NCBI GenBank assembly: GCA_021787445.1
Contig: JAJYLV010000004.1
Coordinates: forward strand, 17,095 to 81,094
Source: Chloroflexota bacterium
Lineage (GTDB): Bacteria > Chloroflexota > Limnocylindria > P2-11E
DNA length: 64,000 nucleotides
Direction of reading: 5' to 3'
Shown here: positions 1 to 9,251 of the stretch, one piece after another
Layout: every line of letters begins with the position of its first letter
Position numbering within the stretch: position 1 is the first letter of the stretch
Notes under the pieces: generated by a model
What the model was told of the DNA's origin: nothing
Database searches by the model: none
Seen by the model: only the letters and a program-made list of their open reading frames with translations
Translations under genes and position numbers: made by a program

Positions 1-9
1 CGACGATCG

Positions 10-1287
10 TCATACGCTCCAGCGGACGCGCGCGTAGCTCCGGGGGCCGTAGCGCACGATGTGCTCCGCGGCCGTCGTCACGATCGTCGACTCGTCCGCG
101 AGGACGTCGTCGACGCGCACCGCCTTCTGCTGCACGAGCCGGCGCGCGCTGCCCCGGCTGGGCTGGAGCTTCGCCCGCACGAGCAGGTCGACGATGGGAA
201 CGGCGTGCTCGCCGTCCTTTGACACGGTGACCACGGGGATCTCGGACACGTCCGGCATCTGGCGCTCGCGAAAGCGGCGCACGAACTCCGTGGCCGCCTC
301 GTCCGCGGCCGCGGCGGAGTGCAGCTCGGTCACGATCCGCCGCGCCAGGACCTCCTTCGCCTCGCGCGGGTGCAGCTCCCCGCGCGCCAGTGCGTCGACG
401 ATCCGGCGCACCTCCGGCAGCGGCATCTCGGTCGCCCACTCGAAGTAGTGCGCCATGACCGCGTCGGGGATCGACATGACCTTCCCGAACGCCTCATCCG
501 GCGGGTCGAGGAGCCACACCGCCGTCTGTGGCTTCGTCTTGCTCATGACGAGGCCGTCCGTGCCCTCGAGCATCTGCACCAGGAACACCTGCTGCGGCCG
601 CTGCCCGACCTCCTCCTGGAGCTCACGACCGGCGAGGATGTTGAACTTCTGGTCGGTGCCCCCGAACTCCACCTCGGCCTCGATCGCGACGGAGTCGTAG
701 GCCTGAAGGAGCGGGTACAGCAGGTCCTTGATCGGGATCGCCGTCCCCGCCGCCTGCCGCTTGCGGAACTCCTCGCGCGCGAGCATCTGCTGGACGGTGA
801 AGCGTGACGCAAGCCGGAAGACGTCCTTGAGCCCGAAGGCGCCGTACCACTCGGCCTGGTAGACGACGCGCGTGTTCTCGCGTGGGACGATGCGGTGGAA
901 CTGCTCGAGATACGTCCGCGCGTTCTCCAGCACCTGCTCGTGCGAGATCATCGGCCGGCTCTCGGACTTGTCGGTCGGATCGCCGATCTGCGTCGTGTAG
1001 TCCCCGATGATGATGACGATCTCGTGGCCCCAGCGAGCGAGCGTGCGGAGCTTCCGCAGGCCGATCGCGTGCCCGATGTGCAGGTTCGGCCGCGTCGGAT
1101 CGAAGCCCTGCTTGATCCGCAGCGGCCGATCCGCCCTCCGCAGGGCGGCCGCGAGCTCGTCGCGCGTGATGATCTCGGCGACCCCGCGCGTGAGGAACTC
1201 GTGGAGCTCTTCGTCGTTAGGGCGTGTGAGCATGACCTCTCTCTGCTCGGCCGCGGCGGCGTGAGCGGCCTCTAGACTAATGACCAT
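10..1287 (-). CDS. tyrS: tyrosyl-tRNA synthetase
   Basis: 425 aa ORF with the class I aaRS HIGH motif (LHIGHAIG) and a KMSKS-like motif (VMSKTK). The C-terminal S4-like region is present. An alternative ATG at 1233 with a GAGAGAGG SD is also possible. Confidence 0.9.
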   Translation of the reverse strand: MVISLEAAHAAAAEQREVMLTRPNDEELHEFLTRGVAEIITRDELAAALRRADRPLRIKQGFDPTRPNLHIGHAIGLRKLRTLARWGHEIVIIIGDYTTQIGDPTDKSESRPMISHEQVLENARTYLEQFHRIVPRENTRVVYQAEWYGAFGLKDVFRLASRFTVQQMLAREEFRKRQAAGTAIPIKDLLYPLLQAYDSVAIEAEVEFGGTDQKFNILAGRELQEEVGQRPQQVFLVQMLEGTDGLVMSKTKPQTAVWLLDPPDEAFGKVMSIPDAVMAHYFEWATEMPLPEVRRIVDALARGELHPREAKEVLARRIVTELHSAAAADEAATEFVRRFRERQMPDVSEIPVVTVSKDGEHAVPIVDLLVRAKLQPSRGSARRLVQQKAVRVDDVLADESTIVTTAAEHIVRYGPRSYARVRWSV

Positions 1288-1360
1288 CGGCTCCTCTCAC
1301 CGCGATCACGCGCTCCGGCGCGGCCCGTACCGGCCGCGTCGCCGGAGGAGCGGAGACCCC

Positions 1361-3784
1361 GTGCGGCGGGGCCTCACGTTCGTGCCGCCCGTGCTGATCG
1401 CCGTCCTCCTCGCGATCGCCGCCGTGCCCCTCGTGGGCGGCGCGATCGCCTTCGCCTCCATCACGGCCGACCTCCCCGCCCCCCAGGACCTGGCGAAGGA
1501 CCCGCTGGCGCTGGCGACGCACGTCTACGACCGCACCGGGAAGGATCTCCTCTACACGTTCGCGGAGCAGCAGCGCGAGCCGGTCACCATCGACGAGGTC
1601 CCCCAGACCATGATCGACGCGACCGTGGCGGCGGAGAACAAGACCTTCTGGACCGACCCCGGCGTCGACATCGGCGGGATCGTCCGCGCCGCGTTCGCCG
1701 ACCTCACCGGCCGAACGAGCGGCCAGGGCGGCGCCTCCACCATCACGCAGCAGCTGGTGAAGCAGCGGATCGTCGGCGACGAGTACAGCCTGACGCGGAA
1801 GATCCGCGAGGCCATCCTCGCCATCGAGGTGACGCGCACGTACTCCAAGCGGCAGATCCTGCAGCTCTACTTCAACCAGATCTACTACGGCGACCAGGCC
1901 TACGGGATACGCGCCGCGGCGCAGACCTACTTCGGCGTGACCGATCTCCACAAGCTCACCGTCGCGCAGTGCGCGCTCCTCGCCGGGCTGCCGCAGGCCC
2001 CCTCCGGCCTCGACCCCTCGAAGCCGGAGAACGTCGCGCGGGCGAAGGAGCGGCGCGCGTACGTCCTCTCGCAGATGGAGGACATGGGCAGCATCACGGC
2101 GCAGCAGGAGGCGCTCGCCGAAGCGGAGCCGATCAAGGTGAACGGGCCGCAGATCGCCACGATCACCGCGCCGCACTTCGTCTTCCAGGTCCGGGATCAG
2201 CTCACGAGGATCCTCGGCGGGGACGAGGGTGCCGTCATGCGCGGCGGCTACAAGGTCATCACCACGTTGGACATGAACAAGCAGAAGGCGGCCGAGGATC
2301 AGGTGAAGACCTGGGTCGGGAAGCTGAAGGACCACAACGTGTGGAACGCCGCTCTCGTCTCGATCGACCCCAAGACCGGTGAGGTCCTCTCCTACGTCGG
2401 CTCGGTCGACTACTACGACCGCACCGACCCCCGCGTCCAGGGACAGTACGATGCGGCCGGCATCGGCCTCCGCCAACCCGGATCGGCGTTCAAGGTCTTC
2501 AACTACCTCACGGCGCTCGAGAAGGGCGCGACCGAGGCGACCGTCGTCGTGGACGCCAAGACCGACTTCACCGGAAAGGCTCCCGCGACGGGCCCGCTGA
2601 ACCCGGCGACGTGCGGCTGGTGCCCGGACAACGCCGACGGCCGGTTCGACGGGCCCATCACGATGCGGCAGGCCATCCTCGAGTCACGCAACGTGCCCGC
2701 GGTCAAGTTCCTCCAGGAGTACTCGGGGATCGCCGACACGATCAAGACGGCGCAGGCGATGGGGATCACGACGCCCATGGACCCGAGCACGGTCGGCCTC
2801 TCGCTGACGCTCGGCACGCAGGTCGTGAAGCTCGTCGACATGACGAGCGCGTTCGGCGTCATCGACAACGGCGGCGTGCGCGTCGACCCCACGTACATCC
2901 TGAAGGTCGAGGACCCCACCGGGAAGGTCGTCTGGGAGCACAAGGACTACGCGCAGAAGCGCGTCCTCGACCCGGGGGTCGCCTTCGTCATGAACGACAT
3001 CCTCCGCGACTACACCAACCCGAACACGGACTTCGAGTTCGGGAGCTGGACGAACATCGGGCGGCCGGCGGCGCTCAAGACGGGCACCACGGACGACCTG
3101 AAGGACGTGTATTCGGTGGGCTACACACCCCAGGTCGTGACCGGAGTGTGGATGGGCAACAGCAACAACGAGCCGATGAGCGGACGCGACTTCCTCGCCG
3201 CGATGGGCCCCGGCCAGCTGTGGCGCGACTACATGAAGCAGATCCTCACCGGCGTGCCCGTGGAGAACTGGACGCCGCCCAGCGACGTCGTGAGGGAGAG
3301 CGTCGTCGTCGCGCCCGGCGCCTACGGCGGCTACGGGTCGGGCATGCTCCCCTCGAAGCTGTCCCCGTTCGCGACGCCGGAGTGGTTCGTGAAGGGGACG
3401 GAGCCGCGGACGGTCGACGATTGGTACGTGCCGGGCTGCCCCAAGCCCGACGGGACGACGACTGTCGGGATGCGCATCCAGGAGGTCGGCCCCGCTCTCT
3501 GGAAGCCGTACACCGATCGCTGGATCGCCGAGGCGCAGAAGGGCCTGCACTCGTACGGCCGCTTCGCCTGGAACCTCGTCGGCGAAGGCGCGTGCCCGAG
3601 CCCGTCGCCGACGCCGACGCCGACGCCCTCCGGCAGTGCTCACCCGAGCGGGTCCCCGGGAGCGTCGCCTTCGGGTCCTGGATCGAGCTCGACGCCGATC
3701 CCGACGATCCAGATCTCACTGCCGCCGGGCGTGACGTGGCCGCCCGGCCTCACGCCTACGCCGCGACCGACCCCGAAGCCCTAG
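1361..3784 (+). CDS. class A penicillin-binding protein (transglycosylase/transpeptidase, PBP1A family) with a Pro/Thr/Ser-rich C-terminal tail
   Basis: GT51 glycosyltransferase motifs (QGGSTITQQLVK), the transpeptidase SxxK motif (SAFK) and a KTGT motif. One N-terminal TM helix. The track ORF begins at 1280 but that ATG overlaps the divergent tyrS start, so a GTG at about 1361 (GGAGGAG SD 10 nt upstream, just before the TM helix) is the likelier start. Confidence 0.85.
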   Translation: MRRGLTFVPPVLIAVLLAIAAVPLVGGAIAFASITADLPAPQDLAKDPLALATHVYDRTGKDLLYTFAEQQREPVTIDEVPQTMIDATVAAENKTFWTDPGVDIGGIVRAAFADLTGRTSGQGGASTITQQLVKQRIVGDEYSLTRKIREAILAIEVTRTYSKRQILQLYFNQIYYGDQAYGIRAAAQTYFGVTDLHKLTVAQCALLAGLPQAPSGLDPSKPENVARAKERRAYVLSQMEDMGSITAQQEALAEAEPIKVNGPQIATITAPHFVFQVRDQLTRILGGDEGAVMRGGYKVITTLDMNKQKAAEDQVKTWVGKLKDHNVWNAALVSIDPKTGEVLSYVGSVDYYDRTDPRVQGQYDAAGIGLRQPGSAFKVFNYLTALEKGATEATVVVDAKTDFTGKAPATGPLNPATCGWCPDNADGRFDGPITMRQAILESRNVPAVKFLQEYSGIADTIKTAQAMGITTPMDPSTVGLSLTLGTQVVKLVDMTSAFGVIDNGGVRVDPTYILKVEDPTGKVVWEHKDYAQKRVLDPGVAFVMNDILRDYTNPNTDFEFGSWTNIGRPAALKTGTTDDLKDVYSVGYTPQVVTGVWMGNSNNEPMSGRDFLAAMGPGQLWRDYMKQILTGVPVENWTPPSDVVRESVVVAPGAYGGYGSGMLPSKLSPFATPEWFVKGTEPRTVDDWYVPGCPKPDGTTTVGMRIQEVGPALWKPYTDRWIAEAQKGLHSYGRFAWNLVGEGACPSPSPTPTPTPSGSAHPSGSPGASPSGPGSSSTPIPTIQISLPPGVTWPPGLTPTPRPTPKP

Positions 3785-4257
3785 AGGTCGCCGTCCCCGA
3801 GAGCTGTCATGCGGATGCCGCGCCCGTCGAGGTCGCGCGCGATCGCCTCCTCGGCGCCCGGCATGACGCCCGCGTCGTGTAGCTGCCTCAGCAGGACGGG
3901 ATGGGCTCCGCCGGGTCGCACCGCGCGCCATTCGACCGCCTCGCCGCCGATCCCGACGCGCGGAACGCCGATGACGAGCGCGCGGTACATGTGGACGCGC
4001 ATGCCTCTCGACGCAGCGGCGGCGTCGACGTCGTAGCGCCCGACGAGGCGGAGGTCGCGCGCCTCGAGACACGTCTCTTCGTGGAGCTCGCGGCGCGCGG
4101 CGTCCTCGAAGGACTCGCCGTCCTCGAGTCCGCCGCCCGGCAGGAGCCACTCGCCGGCGAATGGTCCCCCGCCCTGCCGCACCAGCAGGACGCGCCCGGC
4201 CGCGTCGAGGGTGAGCACGATGGCGCTCCGGCGGCGATCGCTCCGCTCGGCGGTCAC
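3781..4257 (-). CDS. NUDIX hydrolase
   Basis: Nudix box GEWLLPGGGLEDGESFEDAARRELHEETCL. GTG start overlaps the mutS2 stop (GTGA). Confidence 0.8.
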   Translation of the reverse strand: MTAERSDRRRSAIVLTLDAAGRVLLVRQGGGPFAGEWLLPGGGLEDGESFEDAARRELHEETCLEARDLRLVGRYDVDAAAASRGMRVHMYRALVIGVPRVGIGGEAVEWRAVRPGGAHPVLLRQLHDAGVMPGAEEAIARDLDGRGIRMTALGDGDL

Positions 4258-6578
4258 AGCGTCACGATGGTCGCGCCGTCGCCGCCCTCGTTCCGCCCGG
4301 CCGTCGCGACCTCGCGCGCGAGCGGATGCTGCGCGAGCGCCGTGCGGATCGCCGCGCGAAGCGCTCCCGTGCCTTTCCCGTGCACGATGCGCACGCGCTC
4401 GTAGCCGGCGACCGCGGCGTCGTTCAGGTACCGGTCGACGGCCGCGATCGCCTCCTCCGCGCGCGCGCCGCGGATGTCGAGCTGCAACGGCACCTGCGCG
4501 GCCGTCCCCTGCACGGTGGCGCGCGAGGAGCGGACCGGCGCGGCGTCCGGCACGGGAGCCTCGCGGAGCTCGCTCGCCGGCACGCGCAGCCGCAGCGCGC
4601 CGGCGGCGACCTCGGCGACCCCCTTTGCGTCCAGCGACAGGAGCGTCCCCGGCTCGCTCATGCCCCGGATGACCACGGGGGACCCGACGGCGATCGGCAC
4701 CGTCGCGGACGGCGGCGGCGCGGGCGCGACGGCGTCGCGCGCCGCCTCGGCCTCCGCGAGCGCCGCGCGCGCATCCTCGACGAGGTCGCGCCGCGACGCG
4801 CGGTCGCGCGCCTCCTCGGCTTGGCGGATCGCGCGCCGCGCCTGGAGGAGGAGGTCCTCCGCTTCGGTGCGTGCCCGGCGGAGGCGCTCGTGCGCCTCGC
4901 CGCGGATGCGATCGGCCTCCCTTCGCGCCCCCTCGAGCGCGCGCTCGGCCTCGCGGGCCGACAGCGTCGCGCCCTCGAGCCGCTCGGCGAGGTCGGTCCG
5001 CGCGCGCTCCGCCTCACGCAGCGTGCGCTCGAGCGAGCGGTGCAGCTCCGAGAGGTGCGCTTCCGCGCGCTCGAGGACCGACGGCGCTAGGCCGAGGCGC
5101 GAGGCGATCGCGAACGCGTTCGACGCTCCCGGGAGCCCGAGGTGGACCCGGTACGTCGGGCGCAGGGTGACCGGATCGAACTCGACGCTCGCGTTCATCA
5201 CGCCGCGCGTGTTGAGCGCGAACGCCTTGAGCTCCGGGTAGTGCGTCGTCGCGGCGACGAGCGTGCCCCGCTCGAGAAGCGTCTCGAGGACGGCCATCGC
5301 GAGCGCGGCGCCTTCGTCCGGGTCGGTCCCCGCGCCGATCTCGTCGAGCAGCGCGAGGTCTCCCCCGCCCGCCTCGGCGAGGGTGGCGACGACGTTCCGC
5401 AGGTGCGACGAGAACGTCGAGAGCGACTGCTGGATCGACTGCTCGTCGCCGATGTCCGCGAACACGCTGCGGACGACCGGGAGGGTCGTGCCCGGCGCGG
5501 CCGGCACGGGCAGCCCGCATGCCGCCATGAGCGCGAGCAGCCCGATCGTCCGCAGGGTCACCGTCTTACCGCCCGTATTCGGCCCGGTCACCACCAGGGC
5601 GCGCGTCTCGCCGCCCAACCGCACGTCGATCGGCACGACCGCGTCGCCGAGCTGTCGGACGAGCAGAGGGTGACGCGCGTGGATCAGATCGATGACGCCC
5701 TCCGCCGAAAGGACCGGACGCACGCACTCGAAGCTCTCCGCGAAGTGCGCCCGCGCGAGGACGAGGTCGAGCGCGGCGAGCGCCGCGAGCACGGCCTCGA
5801 GCTCGGTGGCGGCCGCTTCCACCTGTCGCGAGAGCCGCGCCAGGACGCGCTCGACCTCGGCCTTCTCAGCGAGCTCCGCCTCGCGGAGCGTGTTGTTCGC
5901 GTCGAGGATGTCGAGGGGCTCGACGAACACCGTCGCCCCGCTCGCGGAGCGGTCGTGCACGATCCCCTTCACGGCGCTCGCGTACTCGGCCTTGACGGGC
6001 ACGACGTATCGCCCGCCGCGCTGCGTGACGATCGGCTCCTGCAGCATCTTCGCGAGCGACGGCGAACGGAGGAGGCCGTCGACGCGCTGCTGGAGTCGCG
6101 CCAGCGCCGAGCGGAGCTCGGCGCGGGCGCTCGCGAGGGCGACGCTCGCGCGGTCGAGGACCTCCCCTTCGGGCGAGATGGCATGCTCGATCGCCTGCGC
6201 GGCCTCGGCCGGCGGCCGCGCGAAGCGAGCCCGCGCGGCGAGCGGAGGATACGTCCCGACCTGCCCGAACAGGGCCTCGGCGGCGCGGACGGTCGCGGCG
6301 ACCCCGTAGAGCTGCTCGGGATCGAGCACGCCGCCGAGGCGCGAGCGCCGCAGCGGCTCGCGGATGTCGCGCGCCCCGCGCAGCCCCGCCGACGGGACAG
6401 CGCGCATGAGGTCGCGCGCGGCGGCCGTCTCGTCCTGGAGGCGCTCGGCGTCGCCCAGGTCGGTGACCGGCTCCATGGCTTCGGCGAGCTCGCGCCCGGG
6501 CTGGAACGAGGTGCTCTCGGCGACGATCTCGCGCACCGCCGTCAGCTCGAGGACGCGCAGGGTGCGCTCGCTGGTCAT
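4254..6578 (-). CDS. mutS2: endonuclease MutS2 (MutS domain plus C-terminal Smr domain)
   Basis: 774 aa. Walker A GPNTGGKT, MutS ATPase core and a C-terminal Smr domain (LDIRGARAEEA...VRIVHGKGTGALR). Confidence 0.9.
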   Translation of the reverse strand: MTSERTLRVLELTAVREIVAESTSFQPGRELAEAMEPVTDLGDAERLQDETAAARDLMRAVPSAGLRGARDIREPLRRSRLGGVLDPEQLYGVAATVRAAEALFGQVGTYPPLAARARFARPPAEAAQAIEHAISPEGEVLDRASVALASARAELRSALARLQQRVDGLLRSPSLAKMLQEPIVTQRGGRYVVPVKAEYASAVKGIVHDRSASGATVFVEPLDILDANNTLREAELAEKAEVERVLARLSRQVEAAATELEAVLAALAALDLVLARAHFAESFECVRPVLSAEGVIDLIHARHPLLVRQLGDAVVPIDVRLGGETRALVVTGPNTGGKTVTLRTIGLLALMAACGLPVPAAPGTTLPVVRSVFADIGDEQSIQQSLSTFSSHLRNVVATLAEAGGGDLALLDEIGAGTDPDEGAALAMAVLETLLERGTLVAATTHYPELKAFALNTRGVMNASVEFDPVTLRPTYRVHLGLPGASNAFAIASRLGLAPSVLERAEAHLSELHRSLERTLREAERARTDLAERLEGATLSAREAERALEGARREADRIRGEAHERLRRARTEAEDLLLQARRAIRQAEEARDRASRRDLVEDARAALAEAEAARDAVAPAPPPSATVPIAVGSPVVIRGMSEPGTLLSLDAKGVAEVAAGALRLRVPASELREAPVPDAAPVRSSRATVQGTAAQVPLQLDIRGARAEEAIAAVDRYLNDAAVAGYERVRIVHGKGTGALRAAIRTALAQHPLAREVATAGRNEGGDGATIVTL

Positions 6579-6684
6579 GTCACCGGATGTTAGAGATCGG
6601 CGGGCTACACCCCTACGGCTGACAGCGGCCGGCGCAAGGGGCCGTCCGACCCGGATCGCTCCGGAGCGGCGGCGCGGCGAGCGC

Positions 6685-7257
6685 CTACGACCGGGGAGAC
6701 CGCGAGACGCCGCGCGAGCCGCGCACGTAGAAGCGCCACAGGCGGGACGAGGTGCGGCTCGGCGCGATCCCTATACGCGGCGAGCGGCCGACGGCAGACG
6801 CGGGTATGGGCGGGGCATCCCGCAGCGTCAGCGACGACGACACGAGGTCGAGGCCGCTGTCTGCCGTCGTCAGGCCGAAGCCGCGCCCGACGAGCCCCGG
6901 TCCCGCGAGCCCGCGCGGGTCGTCGGCGAAGCCCGCGAGCGGCTCCGCGCCGCGCAGCAGCACGGCACCGGCCGGACGCCCCGGAGGCTTGGCGACGACG
7001 TTCATGCAGTAGTGCACGCCGTAGCTGAGGTAGACGTACGCGTGGCCCGGCTCGCCGAACATCGGAGCGTTCCGCGGCGTCGCTCCGCGGAAGGCATGCG
7101 ACGCCGGATCGTCGAGCCCAAGGTAGGCCTCCACCTCGACGATCCGCGCGGCGCGGAGAGAGCCTCGCCGATCGCGGACAAGGACCTTGCCGAGGAGGTC
7201 GCGCGCCACCGCGAGCGTCTCCCGGGCGTAGAAGGACCGTGGGAGAACGCGCTCCAT
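6685..7257 (-). CDS. mpg: DNA-3-methyladenine glycosylase (AAG/Mpg family)
   Basis: 190 aa C-terminal part of a longer open frame. The Mpg family signature (AHAFRGATPRNAPMFGEPGHAYVYLSYGVHYCMNVV) is present. ATG at 7257. Confidence 0.85.
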   Translation of the reverse strand: MERVLPRSFYARETLAVARDLLGKVLVRDRRGSLRAARIVEVEAYLGLDDPASHAFRGATPRNAPMFGEPGHAYVYLSYGVHYCMNVVAKPPGRPAGAVLLRGAEPLAGFADDPRGLAGPGLVGRGFGLTTADSGLDLVSSSLTLRDAPPIPASAVGRSPRIGIAPSRTSSRLWRFYVRGSRGVSRSPRS

Positions 7258-7280
7258 GCCGCGCGGCCGGAAGGGCGCGG

Positions 7281-8210
7281 CTAGCGCTGGCGGTGCCGCG
7301 GGTCGAGCGCGTCCCGGAGTCCGTCGCCCACGTAGTTGATCGAGAGCACGATCAGGAAGATAGCGAGGCCCGGGAAGATCGACGTGTAGGGCGCGATGTC
7401 GAGGTAGTTCTGCGCGTCGTAGAGGAGACGCCCCCACGTCGGCACGTCCGAGGGGAATCCGAGGCCGAGGAACGAGAGGGTCGATTCGGTGATGATCGCG
7501 CCGCCCACGCCGATCGTCGCCGCGACGAGGACCGGGCTCAGCGCGTTCGGGAGGAGGTGCTGGAAGATGATCCGCGCGTCGGTGGCGCCGATGCAGCGCG
7601 CGGCCTCCACGAACTCCTTCTGCTTGAGCGAGAGGAACGAGGCGCGGACGAGACGCGCCACGGGCATCCAGTTGAGCACGCCGATCACGGCGACGATCAT
7701 GACGAAGATGCCCTCGACCTCGCCCAAGGTGCGCTGGAGGGTGTCCCGGAAGAGGTAGATGAGCACGAGCAGAACGGGCAGCGTCGGCAGCGACAGGAAG
7801 ATGTCGGTGACGCGCATGAGCAGGTTGTCGAGCTTGCCGAAGTAGCCCGCGAACGCGCCGATCGCCGTGCCCAAGGTCATGGCGATGACGATGGACACGA
7901 CGCCGACGGCGATCGAGATGCGCCCGCCGAAGAGGACCCGGGCCAGCATGTCCCGCCCCAGGTCGTCGGTGCCGAAGGGGTGCGCGAGCGTCGGCGGCTG
8001 GAGGGCGATCCCGTAGTCCAGCGCGTCCTTCGACTTCGTCCAGACGTACGGCCCCCCGAGGACGAGGATGACGATGACGATCGTGACCGCGAGGCCCGCG
8101 ACGGCGAGCTTGTCGCGCGTGAACGTGTACCACGCGTCCCGCCAGAGGGAGCGCGCCGGCCGGAGGGCTTCCCCTCCCCCGACCGCGATCTCTGCTTGGA
8201 TGGCGGCCAT
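7281..8210 (-). CDS. ABC transporter permease (DppC/OppC-like, peptide/nickel family)
   Basis: Six TM segments and the binding-protein-dependent transport signature. ATG at 8210 overlaps the stop of the upstream permease (ATGA). The long in-frame N-terminal extension in the track is Arg/Pro-rich junk. Confidence 0.85.
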   Translation of the reverse strand: MAAIQAEIAVGGGEALRPARSLWRDAWYTFTRDKLAVAGLAVTIVIVILVLGGPYVWTKSKDALDYGIALQPPTLAHPFGTDDLGRDMLARVLFGGRISIAVGVVSIVIAMTLGTAIGAFAGYFGKLDNLLMRVTDIFLSLPTLPVLLVLIYLFRDTLQRTLGEVEGIFVMIVAVIGVLNWMPVARLVRASFLSLKQKEFVEAARCIGATDARIIFQHLLPNALSPVLVAATIGVGGAIITESTLSFLGLGFPSDVPTWGRLLYDAQNYLDIAPYTSIFPGLAIFLIVLSINYVGDGLRDALDPRHRQR

Positions 8211-9169
8211 CAGCTGTACGTGATCCTCGGGTCGAGGACGGCGTACAGGACGTCGGCGATGAGGTTGAAGCCGACCACGAGCACCGCGAAGATCATGACG
8301 ACGTCGGCGACGACGGGCGTATCGCCCGTGAGGATCGATTCGATCAAGAGCTGCCCGATCCCCGGCACGTGGAAGATCTGCTCGGTGACGATGGCTCCGC
8401 CGAAGACGGTGGGGATCCCGAGCGCGATGAGGGTCACGACGGGGATGAGGCTGTTGCGCAGCACGTGCCCCAGGATCACCGCGCGCTCCCACAGGCCTTT
8501 AGCGCGTGCGGTGCGCACGTAGTCCAGCGGCAGGTGCTCGAGCATCTCGGAGCGGACGAAGCGAGTGAGGATCGCCGCGTCGAACAGCCCCAGCACGGCG
8601 ATGGGCATGATCGACTGCTGGACCTGCTCCCAGAACGTTTGCAGGCTCGTGACGTGCAGATTGCTGTTGTAGAGGAAGCTGAACCAGCCGAGCTTGATCG
8701 AGAAGATGATGATGAAGAGGACCCCGGTGAAGAAGGTCGGCATCGAGAAGCCGAAGTAGGCCAGCGTCGAGATCACGTGGTCGGTGATGCCGTTCCGCCG
8801 GACGCTCGAGAGCAGGCCCGCGGGGATCGCGATGACCACGCTGACGATGTACGCGATGCCCACGACCCACAGCGTGTTGGGCAGACGCTCTCGGATGAGC
8901 TCGGCGACCGGCACGTGCGACATGAACGACCACCCGAGGTCGCCGTGGACGAACGCGGTGACCCACTTGACGTAGCGGATGGGCCACGGCTGGTCGAGTC
9001 CGAGGCTGTGGCGGATCTGCTCCCGGACCGAGGGCGGGATGCGGGGGTCGGCGCCGAACTGCGATAGCGGATCGATCGGGGACAGCGCGAGGATCGCGTA
9101 CATGATGAAGCTGATGGCGATCAGCGTCGGGATAGCGACGATCAAGCGCCTGATGATGTAGCGACCCAC
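8210..9169 (-). CDS. ABC transporter permease (DppB/OppB-like)
   Basis: 319 aa polytopic membrane protein with the conserved EAA-type loop of peptide ABC importers. Confidence 0.85.
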   Translation of the reverse strand: MGRYIIRRLIVAIPTLIAISFIMYAILALSPIDPLSQFGADPRIPPSVREQIRHSLGLDQPWPIRYVKWVTAFVHGDLGWSFMSHVPVAELIRERLPNTLWVVGIAYIVSVVIAIPAGLLSSVRRNGITDHVISTLAYFGFSMPTFFTGVLFIIIFSIKLGWFSFLYNSNLHVTSLQTFWEQVQQSIMPIAVLGLFDAAILTRFVRSEMLEHLPLDYVRTARAKGLWERAVILGHVLRNSLIPVVTLIALGIPTVFGGAIVTEQIFHVPGIGQLLIESILTGDTPVVADVVMIFAVLVVGFNLIADVLYAVLDPRITYS

Positions 9170-9251
9170 CAGCTACCCCGCACTTCGCGGGGAGCCGCGG
9201 CGCGGCGGCCCCTGCCGCCGCGCCGCTTCCCCCGCTGTTCTCGCCTTTACG